Assembly (NCBI GenBank): GCA_963755125.1
Contig: CAVWIP010000010.1
Coordinates: forward strand, 352,001-416,000
Length of the DNA: 64,000 nt
Direction: 5' to 3'
DNA from: an uncultured delta proteobacterium
GTDB taxonomy: Bacteria > Myxococcota_A > Polyangia > Fen-1088
The notes under the pieces are model-generated. The model had not been told where the DNA came from, ran no database searches, and worked only from the letters and a program-made list of their open reading frames with translations. This document shows positions 19,474 through 32,383 of this stretch, piece by piece (positions within the stretch are counted from its first letter, which is position 1; every line of letters begins with the position of its first letter). Position numbers and translations under genes: made by a program.

Positions 19474-19630
19474 TTCAGCGTCATCCCGAGCGAGCGAGCG
19501 TTTAACTCCCAACACGTGATGTGGTGGATTTCTAACACCATCGGGTGGCTCCCGAAACTTGAGCCAGTAGTTCCGACAAGTTAGACCTGCGCGCTCACTG
19601 GCGCGCCACTTGCTTTGCTGGGGAAGTGCA

Positions 19631-20368
19631 ATGCTAGGAAACACGGTTACCGCCACCCGCCCTGACACTCGCCTCTCCGTATCGGCGCCTCCACGTCGCG
19701 TGGCGTGCCTGGCTCTGCCCAAGGTTCTGCTTTGCGATCTGGACGGCACGCTCATCGACACCATGCCGGTGCTTGCCGATCTGGCGACCGAGGTCATGAC
19801 GGGAATTTACGGCATCCCAAGGCCCCTGGCCCGCGAACTGTACCTGGCCACCTGCGGGTTGCCGTTTGTCGAGCAACTCGAGGACATCTTTCCGGGCGAT
19901 GCGCGTAACCCTGCGGCTTCCGATCTGTTTGAAGGTCGCAAGCCCGCGCGTTGCGGGAGCGCGCGCATGATCGAGGATACGCGGGCAACCCTCTTCGAGT
20001 TGCAGGCTCGCGGCGCGCGCATCGCGGTTTCGTCCAACAACGGACGCGAGAACGTGCAGTCTTTCGCGAAACTTTCGGGTTTCCCCTTCGACCTGGTCAT
20101 GGGACACGGCGACGGGCTGGCCAAGGGCCGTCCGCACATCGAGTTGGCCGAGCGAACCTTCTGCGTCGACCGCCAGGAGATGCTGTTCGTCGGCGATTCA
20201 CTGCACGACGGCGAGATTGCCTACCTGGCGAAGATTCCCTTCGTGGGTCTGGCCGGGACGTTCGCCAAGGAGCGCTTCACCCTGCGTTTCCCGGGTCAGC
20301 CGGTGATTTGTCGCTTCGCCGAGATCCTGGATCTCTTGCCGGCATCGCGGGCCGCGGCGGCCGGGTAG
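19631..20368 (+). CDS. HAD-family hydrolase (start uncertain)
   Basis: LCDLDGTL, VSSN, KG and FVGDSLHD motifs. Confidence 0.87.
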   Translation: MLGNTVTATRPDTRLSVSAPPRRVACLALPKVLLCDLDGTLIDTMPVLADLATEVMTGIYGIPRPLARELYLATCGLPFVEQLEDIFPGDARNPAASDLFEGRKPARCGSARMIEDTRATLFELQARGARIAVSSNNGRENVQSFAKLSGFPFDLVMGHGDGLAKGRPHIELAERTFCVDRQEMLFVGDSLHDGEIAYLAKIPFVGLAGTFAKERFTLRFPGQPVICRFAEILDLLPASRAAAAG

Positions 20369-20371
20369 CCA

Positions 20372-21118
20372 GTGCAGGTCGTCCTGCTGGCCGCGGGTCT
20401 GGGCAGCCGACTGGGCGCGCTGACCAAGGACATTCCCAAGGCCCTGATCAACGTGGCGGGAAAGCCGCTCATGTTCCACGCGCTGGAGTTCGCGGCCCGG
20501 CTGCGAGCGGCAAAGGTTCTGGTGGTCGGCGGCTACGGTTTTTCTTTGGTGGCGCGCGCGCTCGACCAGGGCCGGACTTGCAACCCGGCGCTGGCTGGAC
20601 TGGCCTTCGAGTTGATCGAGAACCCCAGCTTTCGCGACGGCAATCTCATCTCGCTGCTGGCGGCACGGCCGCGCCTGGACCAGGGTTTCCTTCTGCTCAA
20701 CGTGGATCACATCTACCGGCCCGGCGTCGCCGCGGTGGTGGCGCCGGATGCAACGGATGTCACGGCCTTCATCGACACCGACCGTAGCTTGGGGGCTGAC
20801 GACATGAAGGTCGAGCGCGGTTCCGACGGCCGCGTCCGCCGAATTTCCAAGACACTGACCAAGTTCGATGCCGGCTACGTGGGCATGACCCGCGTGCCCT
20901 CCTGTGCACTGCCCCGGTACTGGCAAACCGCCGATGCGGCCCTGGCCGAGGAAGGGCGAGCCATCCACGTCGAGCGCATCTTGGGCCGACTGGCCGAGGG
21001 TGATACGGCTCCCTTGTGTCGCGACATCAGCGGCCATGGATGGCTGGAAGTCGACACCGCCGAGGAGCGCGCCGCCGCAGAGCAGGCCCTGTTGGCACGG
21101 CCTCTCGAAAATTCGTAG
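20372..21118 (+). CDS. Nucleotidyltransferase (LicC / phosphocholine cytidylyltransferase-like)
   Basis: LAAGLGSRL, PKAL, DDMKV and WLEVDT motifs. Confidence 0.85.
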   Translation: MQVVLLAAGLGSRLGALTKDIPKALINVAGKPLMFHALEFAARLRAAKVLVVGGYGFSLVARALDQGRTCNPALAGLAFELIENPSFRDGNLISLLAARPRLDQGFLLLNVDHIYRPGVAAVVAPDATDVTAFIDTDRSLGADDMKVERGSDGRVRRISKTLTKFDAGYVGMTRVPSCALPRYWQTADAALAEEGRAIHVERILGRLAEGDTAPLCRDISGHGWLEVDTAEERAAAEQALLARPLENS

Positions 21119-21584
21119 TTCGGCCACTCAACTTGCTGGCTGGGCGTCCGAAAACCCTCGTCCAGGCCGTTCTTGCCGCAGGTTGCGCGCGGCCACGTGC
21201 ACGGGATCACGCGCGCCCGTTGCTACCAACACCACCGGCCTGAGGAACAGCCGTGGAGGACTGACATCTTGTCTGAACCAGTTTTTGGGGGGCAGGTCAC
21301 TGTGGCGACTATCACGACGAACGAGTCAACCTTGGTGAGATCCCATCTATCGGTGACATTCTATTCGAGGAACGCACCCAGACGTGCGGATCCCATGAAG
21401 CTCCACACGTCGCCGACACATATTATAATCAACGGGCACAGGAATGGTGTTACGTCCTTGACGCAGACAATCTATGCACAGGGATTCTGGCAATGGCCGG
21501 GTAGACGCTAAACTCGGGTGAGAGAGCCGGGATTCGTGGACGCAGACGGACGTCTGACTCTTCACGACAATAGGAGACATCGAA

Positions 21585-24392
21585 ATGAAAGACATTACGA
21601 GACAGAGTTACTCCGCCGCTGCTCTGGCTGCCGCGGGATTGATGGCTTTTGCCGCATGTTCGCTGCAGCCGACGCAGGCCAAGAGCGGCGGAAGCACGCA
21701 AGGCGGGAGCGCCACCTCGGGCGGAGGCCAGGGCGGTACATCGGGCGGAGGCCAGGGCGGCAACAGCGCGAGCGGCGCTAGCAACTCTGCCGGCGGGAGC
21801 CCGACAGGTGGCGACACCAGCACGAACGGCAGTTCTGCGGGTGGCAACCCCACGGGGAGTGGTACCTCTGGCGGAAACCCTGCGGGTGGCAGCGTCACCG
21901 GCGGCAGCGTGTCCGGTGGCGCCCCGACCGGCGGCAGCGTGTCCGGTGGCGCCCCGACCGGTGGTAGCGTGACGGGCGGCACCACCACCGCGGGCGGCAG
22001 CCGTACGGGCGGCGCCACCACTGGCGGCGCCACCACCGGCGGTAGCCCCATCGGCGGAACCACGACCAGCGGTAGCCATACCGGCGGCACCACTACCAGC
22101 GGCGGCGCCACCACAGGCGGAACCACGACGGGCGGAACCTCCGCTGGTGGAACCACGACTGGTGGAACCTCCGCGAGTAGCAGCGTCCCCACGGGCAACG
22201 TCACGGCCTGCACCTCGGCCTTGTACGCGCCCACCGAGACGATCTCAATACACATGAAACCGACGGACGCGGCAGCCACGAACTACGTCAGTGCGATGGC
22301 GGTCACCGACGAAATCAGCATCCTGTCCGGCCTCCCCAGCGCGAATCCATACGCCACGGCCGGCGAGGCTTTTCAATCGCTCGGCGTCGCCAGCCTGAAC
22401 ATCCCCCCCTACCCCATGCGCGACGGACCGCGCGGCATGCGCAACATCATGCCTGGCGATGTCTCCACCACCTGGGCGGTTGCCGAGGCGCGCGCGGCTT
22501 CATTCGATATCAATCTTGAACAAAGCGTGGGCCAGTTACAGGGCCAGGAGATGCGCGCGGCAAAGAACGAGCTCGCGCTCGCGCCGGTGATCAACACGCT
22601 CCGGCACCCGCGCTGGGCGCGGGCGCAGGAAACCTACGGCGAAGATCCTGTGCTGCTCGGTGAGATGGGCGCTGCCTTCGTGCGTGGAATGCAGCAACCA
22701 GGCGGGTCCGCCGCGTGCCCCAAGCACTATGTCTTGAACGACACGGATAACAACCGCATGCAGGCCGATCCGAACGTGGACGATCAGACCCTGCACGAAA
22801 ACTACACTCGGCCATTCGAGATCGTTGTCAAGAAGGCGGATCCGGCGTGCATCATGGCTGCCTACAACGAGGTCAACAACACTCACTGCACGGAGAACAG
22901 CCATATTCTGCACGATATCCTGCGCAGCACCGATTGGAACTGGGGTGGGTTCGTGGTGTCGGACTGGAGTGCGGCCCAGGCAGGCCACGGCGCTCTATCG
23001 ATGAACGCGGGTCTCGACCTGGAGATGCCGGTTCCCTCGGCGTTCACTACCCTCAGCAGCGATCTGACGGCGGGAACGCTCACGTCCGCCACGCTCACCC
23101 AGTCCGCCACCCGGGTCATGAATGCGCGAACAAAGTTAAACGACTTCGATGCCACGTTCATGGCGAGCACAGCGAGCTTCAGCCTGGCCGGCGCGTCTGC
23201 TTCCGACTCGCTCGCGGAAAAGACCGAGCTGGAGGGCGCGGTCCTGCTGAAGAACGATGGCATCTTGCCGCTTGGCGCTTTGGCGACCACGGTCGGAAGC
23301 GGCACACCCAACGTCAAGACCATTGCGATCGTCGGCCCGGACAACAACCTGCCTGTCGCACCGACACCCGCCCAGAACAGTCTGGCGGGCTTCGTCTCAG
23401 GCCTGGGCGACCGGGGCAGTAGCCAGACGGTGCCTCCGCATGCCGTGTCGTACTTCCAGGGACTTCAAGCCCGCGGCGGCGTCACCATCAAGCAAAGCGC
23501 CGATAGCTCCGCAGCGTCAGGGGCAGATGTGGTCATCATCCCGGTCTCGATGGCGCACGAGGATGAGGGCGAAGCTTACGGTGGGGGCGCCGACCGCCAG
23601 AACATGAACCTGACCACCATCCATCCCATCCACTGGGCCACGAAACCGACTGCCTTCATCCAGAGCGTTGCGGCCATCAACCCGAACGTCATCGTGCTGC
23701 TCAACGTGGGCAGCGCCATCATAGTCGAGGACTGGATGGCCAGTGCCAAGGCGATCATCCAGACCTTCTACCCTGGACAGGAAGGCGGAACCGCCCTGGC
23801 AGCGCTGCTGTTTGGCGACACCAATTTCTCGGGCAAGCTCCCCTTCACCGTCGGCCAGAATGAATCCGATTACCCGCAGTTCCAGAACAGCGGCTCCGCA
23901 GCCGCCACCATCGCTTACCTGCACGGCTACCGCCTGTTCGAAAAGAACGCCAAGCCGGTTCGCTACTGGTTTGGCTATGGCATGAGCTACACGACCTTCA
24001 GTTACAGCAACCTGCAGGTGCTCTGCTCGAACGGGACGATCCCGGCAACTGGCGCCCTGAACGTTCAGGTCACGGTCACCAACACCGGCACGGTGGCCGG
24101 CGACGAAATCGTTGAACTCTACATCGGCTATCCGAATAGCACGGCGCCGCAGCGGCCTGTCAAAGAGCTCAAAGCCTTCACGCGGGTCACGCTCGCTGCT
24201 GGCGCGAGCCAGAACGTCCAGCTCTCCATACCCGCGACGGACACGGCCTATTGGAATGTCAATTGCACCAATCCTGCCGGCACCATCCCCGCCACCGGCT
24301 GCTGGACCGTCGAGAAGGTGGCGCACACGGTTCTGGTAGGGCCGAGCGCCGATCCGACTAAGCTCTTGTCAGCAACCTTCACGATCCAGTAA
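21585..24392 (+). CDS. GH3 beta-glucosidase/xylosidase lipoprotein with a long Gly/Thr/Ser linker and an FnIII-like C-terminus
   Basis: AAC lipobox; DGPRG, ETYGEDP, PKHY, VVSDW (nucleophile), VLLKN, FGYGMSYT and KELKAF motifs. Confidence 0.94.
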   Translation: MKDITRQSYSAAALAAAGLMAFAACSLQPTQAKSGGSTQGGSATSGGGQGGTSGGGQGGNSASGASNSAGGSPTGGDTSTNGSSAGGNPTGSGTSGGNPAGGSVTGGSVSGGAPTGGSVSGGAPTGGSVTGGTTTAGGSRTGGATTGGATTGGSPIGGTTTSGSHTGGTTTSGGATTGGTTTGGTSAGGTTTGGTSASSSVPTGNVTACTSALYAPTETISIHMKPTDAAATNYVSAMAVTDEISILSGLPSANPYATAGEAFQSLGVASLNIPPYPMRDGPRGMRNIMPGDVSTTWAVAEARAASFDINLEQSVGQLQGQEMRAAKNELALAPVINTLRHPRWARAQETYGEDPVLLGEMGAAFVRGMQQPGGSAACPKHYVLNDTDNNRMQADPNVDDQTLHENYTRPFEIVVKKADPACIMAAYNEVNNTHCTENSHILHDILRSTDWNWGGFVVSDWSAAQAGHGALSMNAGLDLEMPVPSAFTTLSSDLTAGTLTSATLTQSATRVMNARTKLNDFDATFMASTASFSLAGASASDSLAEKTELEGAVLLKNDGILPLGALATTVGSGTPNVKTIAIVGPDNNLPVAPTPAQNSLAGFVSGLGDRGSSQTVPPHAVSYFQGLQARGGVTIKQSADSSAASGADVVIIPVSMAHEDEGEAYGGGADRQNMNLTTIHPIHWATKPTAFIQSVAAINPNVIVLLNVGSAIIVEDWMASAKAIIQTFYPGQEGGTALAALLFGDTNFSGKLPFTVGQNESDYPQFQNSGSAAATIAYLHGYRLFEKNAKPVRYWFGYGMSYTTFSYSNLQVLCSNGTIPATGALNVQVTVTNTGTVAGDEIVELYIGYPNSTAPQRPVKELKAFTRVTLAAGASQNVQLSIPATDTAYWNVNCTNPAGTIPATGCWTVEKVAHTVLVGPSADPTKLLSATFTIQ
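21685..22180 (+). repeat. GGxxT pentapeptide low-complexity repeat, including an exact 30-bp tandem duplication at 21901-21960
   Basis: Seen directly in both DNA and protein. Confidence 0.85.
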
Positions 24393-24438
24393 AAGAGCCC
24401 TGTCGGTGTTCACGAAGGCGTTGAACGAGGATATCTCC

Positions 24439-25830
24439 ATGCACAGATCGACTGGTCGGGTGTTCGTTGCTGTGTGTCTGTTTGCCGGGGTTCGGCTCTT
24501 CGCGCCTGCTGCCCTGGCCCAGGGCGAAGAGGACTCAGCCCCACCTCCGTCGGACGAAGCCGCTCCCGTGCGAGCGGCTTCTCCGGGCAAGTCGTCCTCA
24601 TCAGAGGAAGTCGCTGTGTCAACGGGCCCGTCGCTTCCTCCCCCTCCATCCAAGCCCGACCCCAAGTCCGGGCCTCCCCCCGAGGCCGGGCTTCCCGGCT
24701 GGATCTTGGCACCACCAGCGACGCACGTGTCGTCAGGACTCGACTGGCACGGCAACCTCGAACTCGATGACGGCTATGTCAGGTACTCGTGGGACGCGGC
24801 AAGCTTTCCGAGGCTGACCGTTTACGATTCGCGCGGCCGCTTTGTCCTCGGCCCGCTGCTCACCCAGGATCTGGGTAACGGCTACTTCCTGCGCGAAACC
24901 GGGCAGGTCGTGGCTTGGGTTCGTGAAACCGCTGGCTCCTACTACCAGATCAACGCCGATGACGTCTATGTCCAGGTCGGCCAGCAGGGAGTCTGGGACT
25001 TCATGGCAGGTCGGTTTCTCACCTGGCGTGTCTTCCGCAAGGGTCTTGGCTTCGACCTGTACACCCTCGAGGATACCGGGGCCCGCCTCGACAACAACTA
25101 TACCGACTCAAACTGGTTCCAGCACATGTACGAGGTCAACACCATCTTCATGCGGGATCCCTCGATAGGGCCGGCAGGCCGGGCCGCGTTCCACTTCTAT
25201 CCGACCCCATGGTCGGGGGTCGAACTCGTTGGATCGTACGGCCACCTGAACAATGGCCAGGATGTTCTCGGTGGCAGATTGGCCGGCGGTGCGATACTGG
25301 AGTACGTCAGTCTGCTTGTCGGAGCAGAATATCAAGCTCTTTCTTCAGACCACCAGCTGTCCCAGTCCGACGGTACTCCATGCGGCAAGTGCAACACGGA
25401 TAGAACATACGGGGTTGGTGGCAGCTTGGCCGTTACCCCCATAAGGCCGATCGAGCTTGCCTTCAGCATCGCGTATAGCTGGGACCATGATTATCCGGAT
25501 ATTCTAGACGAGCTTGAAACACTCAAAAAGACGCATAGCTTGGGCGGCTATCTGCAAGTTGACGCCGGTTCGTTCTTCATGCCCCGCTCGCTCTTCCTCG
25601 GTGGTGCGTTTTTCCGCACTGAATACCTCAGTACCGGTGGTACGGCCGAGTACCAGCGCCACGATCAGCTTGCCGCCTACCTTGCCTACCCCCTCGGCTT
25701 CAACAACGCAGTCGTGAAGCTGGTATTTTCCGAAGCCACCGGATACCAGGAACTAGGCACGCAAGGGAATTATGCGTATCTTAATGCCCGCATGTATTCG
25801 GTGCGCCTCCGTTTTGCCTACTACTATTGA
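24439..25830 (+). CDS. Putative outer-membrane beta-barrel protein
   Basis: Signal peptide, Pro-rich N-terminus, aromatic amphipathic strands, C-terminal RLRFAYYY. Confidence 0.75.
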   Translation: MHRSTGRVFVAVCLFAGVRLFAPAALAQGEEDSAPPPSDEAAPVRAASPGKSSSSEEVAVSTGPSLPPPPSKPDPKSGPPPEAGLPGWILAPPATHVSSGLDWHGNLELDDGYVRYSWDAASFPRLTVYDSRGRFVLGPLLTQDLGNGYFLRETGQVVAWVRETAGSYYQINADDVYVQVGQQGVWDFMAGRFLTWRVFRKGLGFDLYTLEDTGARLDNNYTDSNWFQHMYEVNTIFMRDPSIGPAGRAAFHFYPTPWSGVELVGSYGHLNNGQDVLGGRLAGGAILEYVSLLVGAEYQALSSDHQLSQSDGTPCGKCNTDRTYGVGGSLAVTPIRPIELAFSIAYSWDHDYPDILDELETLKKTHSLGGYLQVDAGSFFMPRSLFLGGAFFRTEYLSTGGTAEYQRHDQLAAYLAYPLGFNNAVVKLVFSEATGYQELGTQGNYAYLNARMYSVRLRFAYYY

Positions 25831-26138
25831 AGCCCGGCGCCGAGATTCCATCCGACCGGGGCGGACGCGCCCGACCACTTGATGCCGACGAAACCACCGG
25901 TTGTTTACCTGTAGGCCGTACCAGCCTTCGCTCGTTCGAACGAAGATAGGCCTCGCGCCAGCGTGTGGCTGCGGACTGCGCTGGCATTCATGGACGCCTG
26001 ATCGGTAGGCACCAACCTACCACCACGCCGCGCCGGGAATCGCTCGGGCGGGGCAGCCGGGCATCAACGTGACTTGCTCGCGAGCCCGCGCCGCCATAAC
26101 TTAGCCCGTCCCGCCAGGCGCGGGGCGGAAGGACCTCC

Positions 26139-29204
<3,066 letters not shown>

Positions 29205-29260
29205 CCACACCGCATTCAAACCTGCGCTGGGTTTTTTCCAACCCGGTGTAAACTCCCCGC

Positions 29261-30565
29261 ATGATGCCAAAGGTCGGTGGTTTCGTTTGGTCAGCCGCTG
29301 TGCTCACTTCCCTGTCGTGGGCTGGCTGTGGATCGGATCAGCCCCTCTGTGCCCAGGTGGGTCAGCAGCTTCCCCTTGGCGACTCGCCTCTGGCGCTCAC
29401 GCGGGACGCAGTGCTGGTGCGCGCGGGCGATGGATTCGTGCTGGCCGGGCTGGACGGGACCACGGTGCGATGGGGCCAGCTCAGCAGCAGCGGCGATATC
29501 AGCGGCGAGTCGGAGTTCGCCCTGCCCGAGCAGCCTGTGACCGCGGCGGGCGGGCAGTCGCTGGGCCCGCTCTTCGCTGTCACCAGCAAGACCGCGCCCG
29601 GCGATCAACTCGTGGTGGTGATGGGCGTGCTCCAGGCCGGCAGCACGGATCAGTACGAGGTGCACGCGTGGATCCACGATCCGGCGGCCGCGGTGCCACT
29701 CACCATGCAGGTCCTGGGCGTACAGGCCGCCGCTCCCACCTCGGGAACGGTTCGTTTGGTCGCGGGCAGCTCGCCGGACGGGACGCGGGCACTGGTCGCG
29801 TGGGGCGTGGAAGGCCCGCTTGCGCCGATCCAGTACCGGGTGCTCGGTGCCGACGGAGCATTGGTGGGTAGTCCAGCAACCATCTATGACGCCACCGACC
29901 CAAACAACATCGCAAAATGGAGCTGCCTCGATACCACGCAGAATGCTCCGGATCTGGCCATTACCTTGGTCGAGGCCCCCACCCAGGGGCATCCGGGCCA
30001 ATCCGCTTGGCGCCGTTTCCAGATAGCCGATGACGGCTCCATCGGTGGGGGAGTTCAGATCGATCTTGACTCTCTTGAGGTGAGCGATGGCCGCATCGTC
30101 TCGACGCCCACTTCCGACGGCTATCTCCTGGCCTGGCAGAACAACACCACCAACGGCGGCACGTACTTCGCCAGTCTCACCCCACCTCCCCCCGACGCGG
30201 GCCCAGACGCTACCGACGAAGTGACCTCGCAGCTGGTGCTGGCCTCCGCGGCCTATGGCGGTTATCCGAACATGCCCAAGCTGGCCTGGGTTGCCCCTGC
30301 TGGGTACGATTTCACCATCGGACTGGTACGGTCACTGGGACCGGAGGTGGTGCGATTCGACGTCTTCGCAGACCCCATGGGAAGAGCGCTCTACTTGCCC
30401 AGCGTATCTGGAAACACGAGTCCGGTGTCTGCCTGGGTTGGTAGTGACGCTGTCTACGTCACCTACCTGGACATGCCAGGCTCATCTACTTACGGCGATG
30501 CTGCGGTTCCCTCGGGAAGTCAGCGTTACCTGGTCACGGTGCTGAGTCCCGCCGAGTTGCCATAG
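29261..30565 (+). CDS. Beta-rich lipoprotein of unknown function
   Basis: WAGC lipobox; beta-strand-rich composition. Confidence 0.75.
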   Translation: MMPKVGGFVWSAAVLTSLSWAGCGSDQPLCAQVGQQLPLGDSPLALTRDAVLVRAGDGFVLAGLDGTTVRWGQLSSSGDISGESEFALPEQPVTAAGGQSLGPLFAVTSKTAPGDQLVVVMGVLQAGSTDQYEVHAWIHDPAAAVPLTMQVLGVQAAAPTSGTVRLVAGSSPDGTRALVAWGVEGPLAPIQYRVLGADGALVGSPATIYDATDPNNIAKWSCLDTTQNAPDLAITLVEAPTQGHPGQSAWRRFQIADDGSIGGGVQIDLDSLEVSDGRIVSTPTSDGYLLAWQNNTTNGGTYFASLTPPPPDAGPDATDEVTSQLVLASAAYGGYPNMPKLAWVAPAGYDFTIGLVRSLGPEVVRFDVFADPMGRALYLPSVSGNTSPVSAWVGSDAVYVTYLDMPGSSTYGDAAVPSGSQRYLVTVLSPAELP

Positions 30566-30680
30566 AACACCGCTGCGGTGCTCCACGAGCCACCCAGGGC
30601 GAACGATCGAGACACGAGCAAATGTGATCCCGCCGGGAAATAATCTTGGGCTAGGATCTGTTGACAATTCGTAGCCCGAC

Positions 30681-31322
30681 ATGCTGTTCCGCACTGCCCC
30701 ATCCAAGCCCGATTTTGAACGCGAGGTGATGCCTCATCTGCGCCTTCTCTACGGCGTGGCCCTGCGCATGACCCGGGCCGAGGGTGACGCCGAGGATTTG
30801 GTCCAGGAAACCGTGCTGCGCGCCTACCGTTTCTGGGACAGCTTCGAAGCTGGCACCAACTGCAAGGCGTGGCTTCTGCGCATTCTCACCAATTCTTTCC
30901 GCAACCGCTACCGGGAGCGCGAGCGCGAACAGGAGATCCTGGACGAGGTGGAATCCTGCGACGCGCATCTCGGTCAGTTTCAGGGTCAGAACCCGCGCGA
31001 CGCCGAAAGCGCGCTCTTCGGCCGGATGCTCTCGCGCGACGTCGAGAAGGCTCTGGCGGATTTGCCCGGCGAGTTCCGTTTGCCGGTCATCCTGGCCGAC
31101 CTGGAGGACCTGTCATACAAGGAAATCGCCGACGTGATGGGGTGCCCGGCGGGAACGGTGATGAGCCGGCTGTATCGCGGGCGACGGCTGTTGCAGAAAC
31201 GGCTTCATGACTACGCGGTCGAGTCGGGAATCATCCGCGGTCAGCAGGAGACGGCCGGGAAGGCCGAGGCGCAGGTGGTCGATCTGGAAGGTTTTCGCAA
31301 GATGAAACAGGAGGGCGGGTGA
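30681..31322 (+). CDS. ECF sigma factor
   Basis: DAEDLVQET, KAWLLRI and SYKEIA...GTVMSRLYRGR. Confidence 0.94.
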   Translation: MLFRTAPSKPDFEREVMPHLRLLYGVALRMTRAEGDAEDLVQETVLRAYRFWDSFEAGTNCKAWLLRILTNSFRNRYREREREQEILDEVESCDAHLGQFQGQNPRDAESALFGRMLSRDVEKALADLPGEFRLPVILADLEDLSYKEIADVMGCPAGTVMSRLYRGRRLLQKRLHDYAVESGIIRGQQETAGKAEAQVVDLEGFRKMKQEGG

Positions 31323-31327
31323 TGGGG

Positions 31328-32101
31328 ATGAACTGCTCGGAGGCGGACGCCATCATGTACGCGTTTGTCGACGGCGAACTGTCCGGGTCCGATCGGACGG
31401 CCTACGAGGCCCACCTGATGAGCTGTGACGCCTGCGCGCGCGCCACGCGCTTGCAGTCACGTTTCAAGGCGGCCCTGCGCGGGCATCTGCCGCGGCCGGA
31501 AGTTCCCGAGGGATTGCACCAGCGCCTGCACCGTGCGCTTGAGGCCGAGCCCACGGTGCGACGTCAGTGGCCCTGGCAGGCCTACCCGCGCATCTTCACC
31601 GTGGCCATCGCGGCGGCGGCGGCGGTGGTGCTGTTGGTGGCAAGCCCGCGGCGCAGTCCCTCGTCGCCCGTGCTCGAGCAGGCCCTGTCCACCTTCCATC
31701 ACGACGTGCCGCTCGACGTGCTGTCACAGAGTTGCGCTGCGGTCACCGACTGGTTTCGCGGCAAGCTCGACTTCACCATGCCACCGCCAGCCGGCGCCGA
31801 TCGGGCGCTCTGCCAGGGCGGCCGGCTGGTGAATGTGCGCGAGCGCTTTGCAGCCTATGTCGTCTATCAGGCTCCCGCCGGCCACCGTCTGGGTCTGATG
31901 GTGTTTCCGGCCGATGATGACCTGGCCTTTGGCCCACGCCGCCGGACCCTGGGTGGACGAGACGTGTACGTGGGCAGCAGCCGTGGCGTATCGACCGCCG
32001 CGTACCATGGACCGGACGGGCTGACCTACGTGTTCACGGCGGATCTCGACGAGGACGCGCTGGCCCACTGGGTTGAGACGGTGTACCTGCAGCGGCGATA
32101 G
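31328..32101 (+). CDS. zf-HC2 membrane anti-sigma factor (start 31319-31328)
   Basis: MNC...DGEL...HLMSCDAC, TM helix, periplasmic domain. Confidence 0.9.
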   Translation: MNCSEADAIMYAFVDGELSGSDRTAYEAHLMSCDACARATRLQSRFKAALRGHLPRPEVPEGLHQRLHRALEAEPTVRRQWPWQAYPRIFTVAIAAAAAVVLLVASPRRSPSSPVLEQALSTFHHDVPLDVLSQSCAAVTDWFRGKLDFTMPPPAGADRALCQGGRLVNVRERFAAYVVYQAPAGHRLGLMVFPADDDLAFGPRRRTLGGRDVYVGSSRGVSTAAYHGPDGLTYVFTADLDEDALAHWVETVYLQRR

Positions 32102-32110
32102 GCAATTCAC

Positions 32111-32307
32111 ATGGGAACCCTGGGAGGGTTCGCTCCGCCCTTCGGCCCCCCACGCCCACCCCCACCCCGCTCGCTGCGCTCGGCCTCGCCAAACCCTGCG
32201 ATGGTGCGCCGCCGGCGAGGGCGCACGCGAAGCGCGCGGGGCGGGCAGGGTGGCGGGTCGTCCCGAAGTCCCCGAAGGGGGCGAAGCCGGCGGGCTCCCC
32301 ACGCGGC
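32111..32307 (-). repeat. Dispersed palindromic repeat, copy C (197 bp, opposite orientation, extra 57-bp module at 32132-32188)
   Basis: Reverse complement aligns with copies A and D. Confidence 0.93.
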
Positions 32308-32383
32308 TCATTGCGTCTCTGCTCAGACGCCGGTATGGTCTGACTTGGTGCCCGGGCCCATCCGTAGTAACGTCCCCTTACTC

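Noticed and set aside
29205..29250. Branched hairpin after secA as an ncRNA or tRNA
   Set aside because: Short stems and no tRNA signatures; likely a 3' end structure
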